64,000 nt of DNA, taken from NCBI GenBank assembly GCA_964428655.1, contig CAYRYE010000001.1:376406-440405 (forward strand). Direction: 5' to 3'. The first letter of the stretch is position 1. The number at the start of each line of letters is the position of its first letter. The translations under genes were made by a program, and so were the position numbers. Shown here in pieces: positions 9,214-19,109 of the stretch. This DNA comes from an uncultured Gammaproteobacteria bacterium. GTDB taxonomy: Bacteria; Patescibacteriota; Microgenomatia; UBA12405; JAHJSD01. Under the pieces are notes generated by a model. That model saw nothing but the letters and a program-made list of their open reading frames with translations. It had not been told where the DNA came from and searched no databases.

Positions 9214-11058
9214 TTAAAATAATACTATAACGATTAGTATGAGCAGGACTTCTGGTTGATTTTTTACCATCTCTTGGAAACGGCTATATGTTTGGGTTAT
9301 TGAGTGTGACAAGGAGAAAGGGGGTTTGAAATACTGGTCAATGACAAGCATGTTTGTGTTGTTTTGGGGCATTTGGGCCATTTTAAGCTTCCCGTCGTTG
9401 ATTTTTAAGTCATTGACAGTTAGGAGAAGGTTTTGTTTTTTTGAACTGGCAGTGATTGGTATGTCAATTCTAAAATAGCCAGGATCACCAATGTTGTATG
9501 CTGATATTGTTCTTTGAATAATTAATTCACCGCCCTCTTTTAGTATTTTAATTGTAAACTGATCTTTGCTGATTAAATTGGGATTTTTCAATAAAATTTC
9601 CAGTCGGTAAAGATGGTCTTTTTCAATCTGCAGGCGATAACTTTTTTCTTTTAGTTCTTCTAAGGGGAGGTAAAGAATCTTTGGGTTTAGGACTGATTCC
9701 GACTTCTGGATGGTTGGAATTAGATTGGCGGCAAAAAACATTGTCAAAATAACAGTGGGTGTTAAAAGGACTCCGATTAATCGTTTTTTCTTGGGCAGTC
9801 TTGGCAGTTTAATGCGAATCTTTTTGAGCTTGGGGCTCTTGTCATCGTTTTTCTTCAAAAGATCAATTATAGAATAAATGGCCAGCCCAGCCAGGATTGA
9901 ATGCAGCAAATTGTTAATCAGAATCGTGTCTATTCCTGCCCGGTCAAGATAGTTTTTGATTAATGGCAGGTTTAGGATATTGGGGTTTAGAGGAGAAACA
10001 ATGCCCCATTGAAGGAATTTGTCGTTGAAAAGCATGGTGATTCCTGCAAAAGACAGGAAAATAAGGGAAAACATTAATAAGTTTTTAGCGGTTTTTTGTT
10101 TTTCCCCCAGTTCTAGAGAAAAAATGATGGCCCAGAAGGGCATGAGCCATAAAAACCATTGCGGGTGAAAATGGGAGAATCCAAGGATAATAAGGTTAGC
10201 AGAAAAAAGCAATCGGAAAAGATTTTTTTGTTTGTTTTTCAAATGAAAGGTTAGAAATAATAGAATTGTCAAGAGCAGGGGGTTAATCAGTACCGCTTTT
10301 TGGAAGCCCAGGTTGAAGTTAGCAATAAACATTCTGTTTGCCAGACCGGAAAAGAGCATGTTTTGGCGGAAGTATTTTTGTGAAATAAATGGCAGAAGGG
10401 TGACAAGATAAACAACTATTGGAATAATGGCCAGTTTAATTTTTTTGGCGAGAGTGGATTTAGGATAACTGAAAGCGGCCAACACGGCCCAAATTAGGGG
10501 GTAAGTCTTTATACTGCCGGCTAATCCAAAAATTAAAAAAGCCAGTTTTGGTTTGCTTTGGTAAAAAAGCAAACCCAGCAAAAAAGCGGCAATGACAACA
10601 ATGTCGTTTTGCCCCATCATTACGGCGGAATACAAAGTAATCGGGTTGAAGAGCCAGATTAAAGCGGCAATTTTGGCTCTTTTTTCGTCTTTACTTTCCT
10701 TTTTGACTATCCGGAAAATGAGATAGCCGCTTATTAAGACTAGTATTAAAAGCGGGCTTTTGCTAATTAGATTAAAGCGGTATATTTGGCTGTGTTTTAC
10801 CGCCTCAGTGTTATCTGTGATTAGCCAGTTGACATATTTCTGGCTGGTAACAAGCTTGGTGAGAATGAATTCGGTCTTAAGCACTAAGAAGTGTAGAGGA
10901 GGATAGTGAAAAGGCGGAAAATTTGACTGGGGCCGGTAAACGTCTCGAACCTGTTTATTTAAAGAAGGATAAGAAAGGGTTAGTTTGGTGTCGGGATGAT
11001 AGGTGAATGGCGCTAACAGCAAATAAGCAAAAGCGGATAACAAAAGAATCTTTTTCAT
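9214..11058 (-). CDS. Polytopic membrane protein, putative GT-C-like glycosyltransferase (DUF2029/Gpi18-like), with a ~200-aa extracytoplasmic C-terminal domain
   Basis: 614 aa. It has an N-terminal signal or TM segment, about 10 TM helices in residues 90-400, then a soluble C-terminal region. Transcribed divergently from 11113. Confidence 0.45.
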   Translation of the reverse strand: MKKILLLSAFAYLLLAPFTYHPDTKLTLSYPSLNKQVRDVYRPQSNFPPFHYPPLHFLVLKTEFILTKLVTSQKYVNWLITDNTEAVKHSQIYRFNLISKSPLLILVLISGYLIFRIVKKESKDEKRAKIAALIWLFNPITLYSAVMMGQNDIVVIAAFLLGLLFYQSKPKLAFLIFGLAGSIKTYPLIWAVLAAFSYPKSTLAKKIKLAIIPIVVYLVTLLPFISQKYFRQNMLFSGLANRMFIANFNLGFQKAVLINPLLLTILLFLTFHLKNKQKNLFRLLFSANLIILGFSHFHPQWFLWLMPFWAIIFSLELGEKQKTAKNLLMFSLIFLSFAGITMLFNDKFLQWGIVSPLNPNILNLPLIKNYLDRAGIDTILINNLLHSILAGLAIYSIIDLLKKNDDKSPKLKKIRIKLPRLPKKKRLIGVLLTPTVILTMFFAANLIPTIQKSESVLNPKILYLPLEELKEKSYRLQIEKDHLYRLEILLKNPNLISKDQFTIKILKEGGELIIQRTISAYNIGDPGYFRIDIPITASSKKQNLLLTVNDLKINDGKLKMAQMPQNNTNMLVIDQYFKPPFSLSHSITQTYSRFQEMVKNQPEVLLILIVIVLF

Positions 11059-11112
11059 TATTTTATTCTAACACGGAGTGTATAATAAGGTAGTTGGAAT
11101 TATCTTTACAGT

Positions 11113-12396
11113 ATGGTGAAAACAATTTTTTATCTAGCTTTTTTATTAAGATTTGCCTTGTTGTTTTTTCCTAGTCACGGTGATTTAGCTAATCACGCTG
11201 ATTGGGGAGTTAGGTTTTTTGAATATGGATCGAGAAAGTTTTATGCCCCGGAAACAAATGTCTGGTCACATCTTTGGCCCAACCAGCCTCCCTTAACAAT
11301 TTATCTTTTTGCCGCTGTTCGGAAAACTTATGAAGCCATTTATCAACTTTTATGGTGGGTTAATCTTAATGTTCCTATTTTTCCTTCCAAATTAATGTTT
11401 TGGGTGGAAAAAAGCCTTTATCCTCTTATGTTAAAACTTCCCGCCAGTCTAGCCGATCTGGGCATTGGTTGGCTTATTTATCGCTTTGTGAAAAAGAAAA
11501 AAAATGCAAAAAAGGCTCGTGTTGTTCTGGCGCTGTGGCTCTTCAACCCGATTACTTTTTACAATTCCGCGATGTGGGGCCAAACAGACGCAATTATTAA
11601 TTTCTTTGCCTTAGCCTCTATTTTGCTTTTACTCGAGAAAAGAGCAGTCGGGGCGCTCTTGCTATTTGTTGTTTCTTTATTGTTTAAGTTTTCTTTAATT
11701 CTATTTCTCCCTATTATATTATTGATTATTTGGAAAGAGAAGTTGAGTTTTAAAAAGTGGGCATTTATTTTCGCATCAGTCTTTGCTTTGCTTTATTTTG
11801 TTTCTTTGCCTTTTGTTTACGATAAAAGTAGCCCTTTGGTTTGGCTAATCGCTCTTTATAAAGATAAAATTTTAAAGCATCAGCTTCATTATTTGACTGC
11901 TAATGCGTTTAATTTTTGGGGAGCGGTGTCTGGAATGGGGTTTAAGAGTGATTGGGTCAAATTAGCCGGATTGAGTGTTAAATATTGGTCGTGGATATTT
12001 TTAGTATTGTGGCTGGTTCCAATTTTTGTTTCGCTTTATAAAAAGATTTCCGGGGCAAAAGTTATTTTTTCAACATTCTTTGTCGCTTTTTCCTCTTTTG
12101 TTTTCCTGACCAATATGCATGAACGCTATCTTTATCCTGTTTTTCCGTATTTACTGCTCTCAACTATTTTTTACCCTAAGCTTAAAAAACTTTATTTTCT
12201 TTTGTCCGGAATTCATTTGATGAATCTTTATCATTGGTGGTGGAAACCAAGGATTGGTTTTTTGATAAAGTTATTTGAAGTTTGCCAAGGTGCTTTTCCG
12301 CGGCTTCTTTCGCTGATTAATGTTTTACTGCTGATTTGGACAATGCGTTTTTTTCTTTACTCATTGAAAGGAAAGACTATAATAAAAGGGAAATGA
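11113..12396 (+). CDS. Polytopic membrane protein, DUF2029/Gpi18-like putative mannosyltransferase (GT-C)
   Basis: 427 aa and multi-TM. The N-terminal …FPSHGDLANHADWG… loop follows the first TM helix. The same THGDL-type motif recurs in ORF 62678. Confidence 0.45.
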   Translation: MVKTIFYLAFLLRFALLFFPSHGDLANHADWGVRFFEYGSRKFYAPETNVWSHLWPNQPPLTIYLFAAVRKTYEAIYQLLWWVNLNVPIFPSKLMFWVEKSLYPLMLKLPASLADLGIGWLIYRFVKKKKNAKKARVVLALWLFNPITFYNSAMWGQTDAIINFFALASILLLLEKRAVGALLLFVVSLLFKFSLILFLPIILLIIWKEKLSFKKWAFIFASVFALLYFVSLPFVYDKSSPLVWLIALYKDKILKHQLHYLTANAFNFWGAVSGMGFKSDWVKLAGLSVKYWSWIFLVLWLVPIFVSLYKKISGAKVIFSTFFVAFSSFVFLTNMHERYLYPVFPYLLLSTIFYPKLKKLYFLLSGIHLMNLYHWWWKPRIGFLIKLFEVCQGAFPRLLSLINVLLLIWTMRFFLYSLKGKTIIKGK

Positions 12397-14099
12397 AGAC
12401 TATTTTTCGAGGTTTAAACAAGAGGTTTTGGCTGGCATTGGGCTTTTTAGCGCTAGTCGCTTTTTTAAGACTTTATAGGTTGAATGAAATTCCTCCGGCA
12501 GTTTTTGGGGACGAAGCTGACGTCGGTTATCATGCCTATTCTCTTTGGAAAACAGGAAAAGACTATTATGGACAGCTTTTACCGATTTACATTCGTTCCT
12601 TGGCAGAATGGAGAACGCCCCTTTTAATGTATATAACTGCTCCTTTTGTTGGCGTCTTTGGACTTAATGAATGGGGATTAAGATTGCCTTCGGCTGTTTT
12701 TGGAATATTATCGATAGTTATATTTTATTTGTTGGTAAAAGAATTATTTAAGGATCGATTGATTGCCGGCTTGGCCACTTTGTTTTTGGCTACTTCGCCT
12801 TGGCACATTCAATATAGTCGAATGGCTTTTGAATTGTCTTTTTTGCTTTTCCTGTTTTTGGCCGCTATATATTTGACCCTTGTTGCTTATCGGAAAAATT
12901 GGCTGTTGGTTTTAGCGGCAATTTTTTGGGGCTTGACACCGTATGCTTACAGCACGGCTAACGTTTTGATGCCGCTTTTGCTTGGTTTGCTAGTTTTTGT
13001 TTATCGAAAGAGGATGTTGAAGATCGAGAGAAAATGGCTTTTGGTTTCGATTGTAGTTTTAGGCTTGCTTTTAATTCCAATTGGCAGGGAAATTATTTGG
13101 GGGCACGCCGCTGATAGGGCAAAGTTATTCAGTGTTTTTGGCCACCAGGGGCATCTTGGAGAAATAATTTTTCAAAGGGAAATGGGGGGGTTTTCTTTTT
13201 GGGAAAGAATTTTTCATAATCGGCCTTTGAGTTGGCTGCGATTGATAGGACTTAATTATTTGAGCGCTTTTTCACCATTATTTTTGCTGGAGCGCGGTGA
13301 TGTAACTTTTCGCCATTCGGTTCAAAAGATGGGCCAAATTCTTTGGTCTCAATTGCCCTTGCTTATCTTAGGGGTATATTATTTAGCCGCTAAAGCTAAA
13401 AAGGAGCAAAAATATTTTTGGTTGGGGTGGCTGCTGATTGCTCCGATTCCTGCATCTTTAACTTGGGATGGAGCCTGCCACACCAGCCGGCTTTTTTTAT
13501 TGCTTCCACCATTGATGGTGATTTTTTCAGTGGGTCTGCTTGAAGGAGTTAAATCAATCAGGTCAAAGTTATTAAGGAAAGGATTTTTAGCCTTTTGGTC
13601 AATTTGGCTTTTGATTGGATTCATATTTTATCTTCACCGTTATTATGTTCATTATCCAATTGAATCTTGGCGTTGGTGGCATCTGGGTTACAAAAAAGCG
13701 ATGAATTATATTCAAAAACATGATGACGAATATGAATTGATTGTTATTAATAACACTTATGAGCCGGCCCTGCTTCATTTTTTGTTTGAGACCGGCTACG
13801 ATCCGATTGAATTTCACCGAAATTTTAAAGGAGATGTTCCTAGAGAAAACGCGTTGCCCGGCATTGACGCTTTTTCCTTAGGAGATAAATATTATTTTGG
13901 CACTATTAGCCAAGAGGTGAAAGAATCCGGGGGGATTCCAGTTGTTTTAAGCCCTAAAATGCTTTATTTGATTTCTCAGGAAAAAGAGGTTGGCGGCGAT
14001 TGGGATTGGAGAAAAGATCCACCTTCCGGGGTAAAGGTTTTGGAAACTGCCGTCAATCCTTATAACAAACCAATTTTTTACTTAGTTACTCATGAATAG
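12393..14099 (+). CDS. GT39-family (ArnT/PMT-like, GT-C) glycosyltransferase, paralog 1
   Basis: N-terminal …LRLYRLNEIPPAVFGDEADVGYHAYSLWKTGKDYYGQLLPIY…GLNEWGLRLPSAVFGILSIVIFYLLVKELF is a classic GT39 loop-1 architecture with the conserved acidic DE pair. ATGA overlap with upstream. Confidence 0.7.
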   Translation: MKTIFRGLNKRFWLALGFLALVAFLRLYRLNEIPPAVFGDEADVGYHAYSLWKTGKDYYGQLLPIYIRSLAEWRTPLLMYITAPFVGVFGLNEWGLRLPSAVFGILSIVIFYLLVKELFKDRLIAGLATLFLATSPWHIQYSRMAFELSFLLFLFLAAIYLTLVAYRKNWLLVLAAIFWGLTPYAYSTANVLMPLLLGLLVFVYRKRMLKIERKWLLVSIVVLGLLLIPIGREIIWGHAADRAKLFSVFGHQGHLGEIIFQREMGGFSFWERIFHNRPLSWLRLIGLNYLSAFSPLFLLERGDVTFRHSVQKMGQILWSQLPLLILGVYYLAAKAKKEQKYFWLGWLLIAPIPASLTWDGACHTSRLFLLLPPLMVIFSVGLLEGVKSIRSKLLRKGFLAFWSIWLLIGFIFYLHRYYVHYPIESWRWWHLGYKKAMNYIQKHDDEYELIVINNTYEPALLHFLFETGYDPIEFHRNFKGDVPRENALPGIDAFSLGDKYYFGTISQEVKESGGIPVVLSPKMLYLISQEKEVGGDWDWRKDPPSGVKVLETAVNPYNKPIFYLVTHE

Positions 14100-15759
14100 A
14101 AAACTAACAATTATTGTCATTTTAGTTTTAGCTTGTTTTTTGCGCTTGTGGCGGCTTGATAAATTTCCGCCGGGATTTACTCCTGATGAGGCGGCTCAGG
14201 GGTACACTGCCTATTCGATTCTGAAAACTGGCAAAGATGAGTGGGGTAAGCAATGGCCGCTTAATTTTCGTTCTTTTGGCGATTTTAAGCCGCCGCTTCA
14301 AACTTATTTAATGATTCCTTCAATAGCGGTTTTTGGCTTAAACAAATTTGCTGTTCGTTTTCCAAATGCAGCCTTAGGAATTTTGGCCATTTTGGGTGTT
14401 TTTCTTTTGGTAAAAAAACTTTTTGCCAATAAATTGATTGCCGTTATTTCTTCAATGTTATTAGCTTTTTCTCCTTGGCATATTATGCTTTCTCGGGGTG
14501 CTTTTGAAGCCAACTTAACTGTTTTCTTTATCTCTTTTGGGATTTATTTTTTGTTGAAAAATCAGCAATTCTTGGCCGCTCTTTTTTTAGGTTTAAATAT
14601 GTTCTCTTATCACAGCGCTAAAATATTAACTCCATTAATAATTTTATTATTTATTATTTATCATTTATCTTCTTTAAAGATTAAGATTTCTAAATTAATA
14701 ATTAATAATTCAAAATTCATAGTTATATTCTCTATATTTTTCTTAATTTCTTTTTCCTCATTTTTCTCTGGCGGCCAGAACAGGGGGCTGGATATTGCTA
14801 TTTTTAATCCGACAGACAAATGGCAGGCAGTAGCTGATGAGCGTTGGTGGGGGGTGAAAAATAATTTGCCTGATTTCATCGCTAGGCTTTTCCATAATAA
14901 AGCAACTTATTCTCTGTCAAAATTTGCTAAAAATTATCTCTCTTATTTTTCACCTCAGTTTTTATTCTCAGAAGGGCCGGGCGAGGGGACTTACGGCATG
15001 ATTCCGGGGCGGGGAGTGTTATGGTGGTGGGAGCTGCCGATAATTTTATTCGGACTTTATTGGTTGGTTAAAAAACCAAACAAAGAAACAATTTTAATAT
15101 TGGCGATGATTCTTTTAGTGCCGATTCCGGCCGCTTTAACTAAAGGAACGAGAGCCGCTAATCGAGCCGCAGTAATGATGCCTTGGATTCAGGTGTTTGG
15201 CGCTTGGAGCATTTGGAAGCTCAAAGCTGCATCTAAAAACTTAAAACTTTTTAAGAAAATGTCTTTTGTTTTCCTTGTTTCCTTATCTCTTTATCTTTTT
15301 ATCTCTTTTTTTGAAGACTATTTTATTCAGTCACCAAGAAAAATTGCCAAATCAATGCTTTACGGTCGGTGCGAAGCAATGGAGTATGTGGCTGAAAATA
15401 TGACTGATGCGGAAAACATCATTGTTTCCAGAAAATTATCAGAGCCTCAGGCTTATGTATTATTTTGCCTTAAATATCCCCCAAAACTGGCCCAAAAAGA
15501 AGTTCCTAATTGGTTGGAATATCAAGAAAAAGGCCTAAGTTTTGTGGACCAGTTGGGAGAATATCGTTTAGGGAAATTTGTTTTTAGAGAATTAAATTGG
15601 CAATCAGATTCAAAACTAGACAACACGATTTTGGTTGGTTTGCCAAAAGAGTTTCCTGCTGACATTGAATCAAAGGAGATTATTAATTATCCAAATGGCG
15701 AGCCGGCAGTTATTATTTATCAGGTTCCAAAACAAAATGTTTATGCTTCAAAGTCTTAA
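14092..15759 (+). CDS. GT39-family (ArnT/PMT-like) glycosyltransferase, paralog 2
   Basis: …LRLWRLDKFPPGFTPDEAAQGYTAYSILKTGKDEWGKQWPLNFRSFGD…. Confidence 0.7.
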   Translation: MNRKLTIIVILVLACFLRLWRLDKFPPGFTPDEAAQGYTAYSILKTGKDEWGKQWPLNFRSFGDFKPPLQTYLMIPSIAVFGLNKFAVRFPNAALGILAILGVFLLVKKLFANKLIAVISSMLLAFSPWHIMLSRGAFEANLTVFFISFGIYFLLKNQQFLAALFLGLNMFSYHSAKILTPLIILLFIIYHLSSLKIKISKLIINNSKFIVIFSIFFLISFSSFFSGGQNRGLDIAIFNPTDKWQAVADERWWGVKNNLPDFIARLFHNKATYSLSKFAKNYLSYFSPQFLFSEGPGEGTYGMIPGRGVLWWWELPIILFGLYWLVKKPNKETILILAMILLVPIPAALTKGTRAANRAAVMMPWIQVFGAWSIWKLKAASKNLKLFKKMSFVFLVSLSLYLFISFFEDYFIQSPRKIAKSMLYGRCEAMEYVAENMTDAENIIVSRKLSEPQAYVLFCLKYPPKLAQKEVPNWLEYQEKGLSFVDQLGEYRLGKFVFRELNWQSDSKLDNTILVGLPKEFPADIESKEIINYPNGEPAVIIYQVPKQNVYASKS

Positions 15760-17371
15760 ATTAAAGTTCAAAAAAGAAACGCTTTTCTTAATGGCGGTTG
15801 TTTTTCTGTCTCTTTTTTTGAGAATTTACAAAATTTCTAATAATCCGCCCTCTTTGAACTGGGACGAAGTTTCTCATGGGTTTAACGCTTATTCCGTCTT
15901 AAGAACAGGAAGAGACGAGTGGGGTAAGAGATTTCCATTAATTTTTCAGGCCTATGGTGATTACAAACTACCCCTTTATATTTATCTCACTGTTATCCCG
16001 GTGAAACTATTGGGGCTGAATCCCTTGAGTGTTAGACTAGTTTCCATTCTTTCCGGAGTTGGTTTAACCATGGTTGCTTATTTTTTAACCAAAAAATTAA
16101 CTAAAAACTCTCTGGCGGCAAACCTGGCGGCATTTTTAGTTGCTGTTTCTCCTTGGAGCTTTTTTCTTTCTCGGGTAGCGGTTGAAGCCAATTTGGCTGC
16201 TTTTCTTTTTTCCCTGGGATTTCTTTTTATTTTAAAAGAAAAATATTTTTTAACCGCCTTTTTTTGGGGATTGAGCTTGCACAGTTATAATTCGGCTCGG
16301 GTTTTGGCTCCTCTAATGTTTTTGTTTCTTGTTCTTAATTCAATTAAAAAAAGAAAAATTAAAAAACAAATATTGCCCGCCATTATATTTATATTATTCT
16401 TTATTCCGATTATTCTGCAATTTTTGGGAAAATCAGGTGGAGCGAGATTTTATTGGGTTTCACCGATTGATCAGGGAGTAATTAATCGAATAATTGAAAA
16501 AAGAATCAGTTCTTCTTTGCCGAAGACAATAGTCAGATTGATTTACAATCGGCCTGTTTATTTTATTGGCTATTCAATCAGAAATTACTTTAGCCACTTA
16601 ACTGCCAATTTTTTATTTTTAAAAGGAGGCAGCCATTACCAATTCTCTTTGCCTAATCATGGTCTTCTTTATTTAGTTACCGCCCCATTTTTAATAATTG
16701 GCCTGATTTGGCTGATTGCCGAAAGAAAATGGCTGTTGCTCTTTTGGGCTTTTGCTTCTTTTGTTCCCGCGGCTATTACCAGAGATTCGCCTCATGTTTT
16801 AAGAAGCATTTTAGTTTTGCCTTTGCCAATGATTTTTGCTTCTCTTGGAGTTTGGCAGACATTAGAATGGCTTAAGAAAAAATCTAAACTGGGGGGGAAG
16901 CTTTTTCTTTCAGCCTTTATTATTATAGTATTAATTAGTTTTGTGTTTTGGTGGAAGAATTATTGGCAGATTTACAGAATTCATTACTCTTGGTCCTGGC
17001 AGTATGGCTGCAAGCAGGTAATTGATTATGCTAAAGAGAATTACAGCGAGTACGATAAAATTGTTTTTACCAAGAAATATGGCGAGCCTCACGAGTTTAT
17101 TTTGTTTTATTGGCCTTGGGAGCCTGAGTTTTATCAGCAGGATCCTAGGAGAGTTTGGGATTATCATGCTAATTGGTATTGGGTTGACTCTTTTGACAAA
17201 TTCGAATTTTGGAATGATTGGGAAGTAAAAGAAAAACTCAAAACTACAACTCAAAACTCAAAGCTTTTATTAATTACTTCACCGGGAAATTGGCCAGAAG
17301 AAGGGGAATTACTTAAAACAATTGAATTTTTGGATAAAGGCAAAGTTTTTGAAGTAGTAGAGTATAAGTAG
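15737..17371 (+). CDS. GT39-family (ArnT/PMT-like) glycosyltransferase, paralog 3
   Basis: …LRIYKISNNPPSLNWDEVSHGFNAYSVLRTGRDEWGKRFPLIFQAYGD… The likely start (ATG 15737 or 15743) overlaps the upstream gene by about 20 nt. The ORF track start is 15635. Confidence 0.65.
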   Translation: MFMLQSLKLKFKKETLFLMAVVFLSLFLRIYKISNNPPSLNWDEVSHGFNAYSVLRTGRDEWGKRFPLIFQAYGDYKLPLYIYLTVIPVKLLGLNPLSVRLVSILSGVGLTMVAYFLTKKLTKNSLAANLAAFLVAVSPWSFFLSRVAVEANLAAFLFSLGFLFILKEKYFLTAFFWGLSLHSYNSARVLAPLMFLFLVLNSIKKRKIKKQILPAIIFILFFIPIILQFLGKSGGARFYWVSPIDQGVINRIIEKRISSSLPKTIVRLIYNRPVYFIGYSIRNYFSHLTANFLFLKGGSHYQFSLPNHGLLYLVTAPFLIIGLIWLIAERKWLLLFWAFASFVPAAITRDSPHVLRSILVLPLPMIFASLGVWQTLEWLKKKSKLGGKLFLSAFIIIVLISFVFWWKNYWQIYRIHYSWSWQYGCKQVIDYAKENYSEYDKIVFTKKYGEPHEFILFYWPWEPEFYQQDPRRVWDYHANWYWVDSFDKFEFWNDWEVKEKLKTTTQNSKLLLITSPGNWPEEGELLKTIEFLDKGKVFEVVEYK

Positions 17372-17395
17372 GAAACAAGATATTTAAAGTTGTCG

Positions 17396-17700
17396 AGTTA
17401 AGTTCGCTACACAAATAGGGTATCCATAATAGTGGTGTGGTCTTCCCACCGAGCAACGGAGGTCATGTTCTCCGCCCCTTCCTTCAACGCGTTTTGGACA
17501 AGATTTTGCTGTTGTTCCATTTTCTGTCTGAACGCTTACTCTTGCATAGGCTCTTACTGAACCTCTGCCAGACCGATCCCTTGTTCTGCCTCCACAAAAT
17601 GCTTCAGCCATGCCTGCATTTTACCATATTCGCAAGGAACCACCTGGGCCGTGTGTCCCAGAGGCTATGCGTTTCATTGTTGAAGCTTCTGCGATTTTGA
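17396..17700. other. GC-rich (~48%) non-coding island between the GT39 paralog and rlmN. Possibly a structured RNA or a degraded gene remnant.
   Basis: No protein-like ORF in any frame. Local hairpin CCUGGG-n8-CCCAG at 17643-17662. Composition resembles RNA genes of AT-rich genomes. I could not match it to an RNA family by eye. Confidence 0.2.
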
Positions 17701-17722
17701 CTTTAGTTGTAAAATATAAGGG

Positions 17723-18793
17723 ATGAAAAACAAAACTAATTTTGAAACTACAAGGTTTGATCTTATTAGAGAGTTTTTGAAATCGAAAAATGAACCCAAT
17801 TACAGGTTTAAGCAATTGGTGGATGGAATATTTAAACAGCGAGTGAACGAGTTTGAAGAAATTATGGTTTTACCAAAACCGCTTCGGATTGAGCTTAAAC
17901 AAAAATTTGGCTCAGTGTTAACAGTCAAAGTGCTTAGGAAAACTAAATCGTCCCAAGCTACCAAAGTTCTTTTTGGACTGCATGATGGTGAGCGCGTAGA
18001 AATGGTAGAAATGGATTTTAAAGGAGAAAAAAGAAAATGGAAATCCTTGTGTGTTTCTTCTCAAGTTGGTTGTGCTTTAGGGTGCGCTTTTTGTGCCACA
18101 GGAAAAATTGGTTTGAAGAGAAATATGACACCGGATGAAATTATTGACCAAGTGCTTTATTTTCATCTTCAGGGCAGTAATATTAATAGTATCTCATTTA
18201 TGGGAATGGGGGAGCCCTTAGTTAATCCAGCGGTTTTTACTGCAATTAAGGCCTTCACTGACAAGAATCTTTTTAATTTCAGCCCGCGAAGAATTAGTGT
18301 TTCTACAGTCGGTATTGTTCCGGGAATTAAAAAATTGATTAAGCAATTTCCTCAAGTTAATATTGCCTTCTCATTGCAGACTCCATTTGAAAGGCAAAGA
18401 AGAGAGTTAATGCCGATTAGCAAACAGTATCCGATCAGGGAGGTTTTAGCGGCTTTGGACGATCATATTAGGAAAAACAAAAGAAAAGTGTTTTTGACCT
18501 ACATAATGCTGAAAGAAGTTAATGACACGGAAAGGCATTTGTTGGCTTTAAAAAAGTTAATTAAGAGCAGAGGTAAAACTTCTTATCTCTATCATGTGAA
18601 TTTGATTAGATATAATCCGGCTGTCATGGTGGGGGGAAGATTTCAATGTTCTTATAAAGCTAAAATTGAACACTTTAGGCAAGAATTGGAAAAGGCGGAA
18701 ATCAATGTCACTTTAAGACAATCTTTCGGTGTTAAACATCAGGCTGCTTGTGGGCAGTTGTATGCGGAATACGATTCCGTCCCTATTCGTTGA
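17723..18793 (+). CDS. rlmN: Dual-specificity RNA methyltransferase RlmN (23S rRNA m2A2503 / tRNA m2A37), radical SAM
   Basis: CALGCAFCATG (CX3CX2C) cluster, GMGEPL motif, and overall RlmN/Cfr architecture with an N-terminal HhH-like domain. Confidence 0.85.
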   Translation: MKNKTNFETTRFDLIREFLKSKNEPNYRFKQLVDGIFKQRVNEFEEIMVLPKPLRIELKQKFGSVLTVKVLRKTKSSQATKVLFGLHDGERVEMVEMDFKGEKRKWKSLCVSSQVGCALGCAFCATGKIGLKRNMTPDEIIDQVLYFHLQGSNINSISFMGMGEPLVNPAVFTAIKAFTDKNLFNFSPRRISVSTVGIVPGIKKLIKQFPQVNIAFSLQTPFERQRRELMPISKQYPIREVLAALDDHIRKNKRKVFLTYIMLKEVNDTERHLLALKKLIKSRGKTSYLYHVNLIRYNPAVMVGGRFQCSYKAKIEHFRQELEKAEINVTLRQSFGVKHQAACGQLYAEYDSVPIR

Positions 18794-19030
18794 GTTAGAC
18801 TTGGTTTGCACACGGTCGCGCCGCGCTTATTAGTGGGCTATGCAGCCTCTGGGCAGCTGCGCCTACTGCCTTCACACCTGTAAAAAGTGTTACTTCTTCC
18901 TCCGGGCGATGGAGCTAATCTTGAGCATCCTCTTCTCAAACATCCAGCATATTTTTCTCTCAACCCTGTGAAAGTGCCTGAATATTTTTCTTTAAGTTCT
19001 AGCATTGGCGGTAGCTTTTTTTCTGCCATA

Positions 19031-19098
19031 GAAAAATTATAACAAAAGAAATAAAATAATAAAATAACCTCCGAGACACGGCACCTGGGAAGAAAACT
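19031..19098 (-). terminator. Putative intrinsic terminator downstream of the cyclase gene (imperfect hairpin followed by a U-rich tract on the minus strand)
   Basis: The minus-strand RNA reads …CUUCCCAGGUGCCGUGUCUCGGAGG UUAUUUUAUUAUUUUAUUUCUUUU. Confidence 0.3.
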
Positions 19099-19109
19099 CC
19101 TTTACCTTG

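Noticed and set aside
11400-11600. 66-aa plus-strand ORF inside gene 11113-12396
   Set aside because: It is an alternative frame within a supported membrane-protein CDS.
17384-17700. Small ORFs on both strands (87 aa and 75 aa) in the GC island upstream of rlmN
   Set aside because: They are low-complexity Leu/Arg/Gly-rich translations, they mutually overlap, and they lack protein features. They are more likely non-coding.
18838-19029. 63-aa ORF in the GC island downstream of rlmN
   Set aside because: It is Arg/Gly/Cys-rich nonsense-like sequence in a convergent terminator region.
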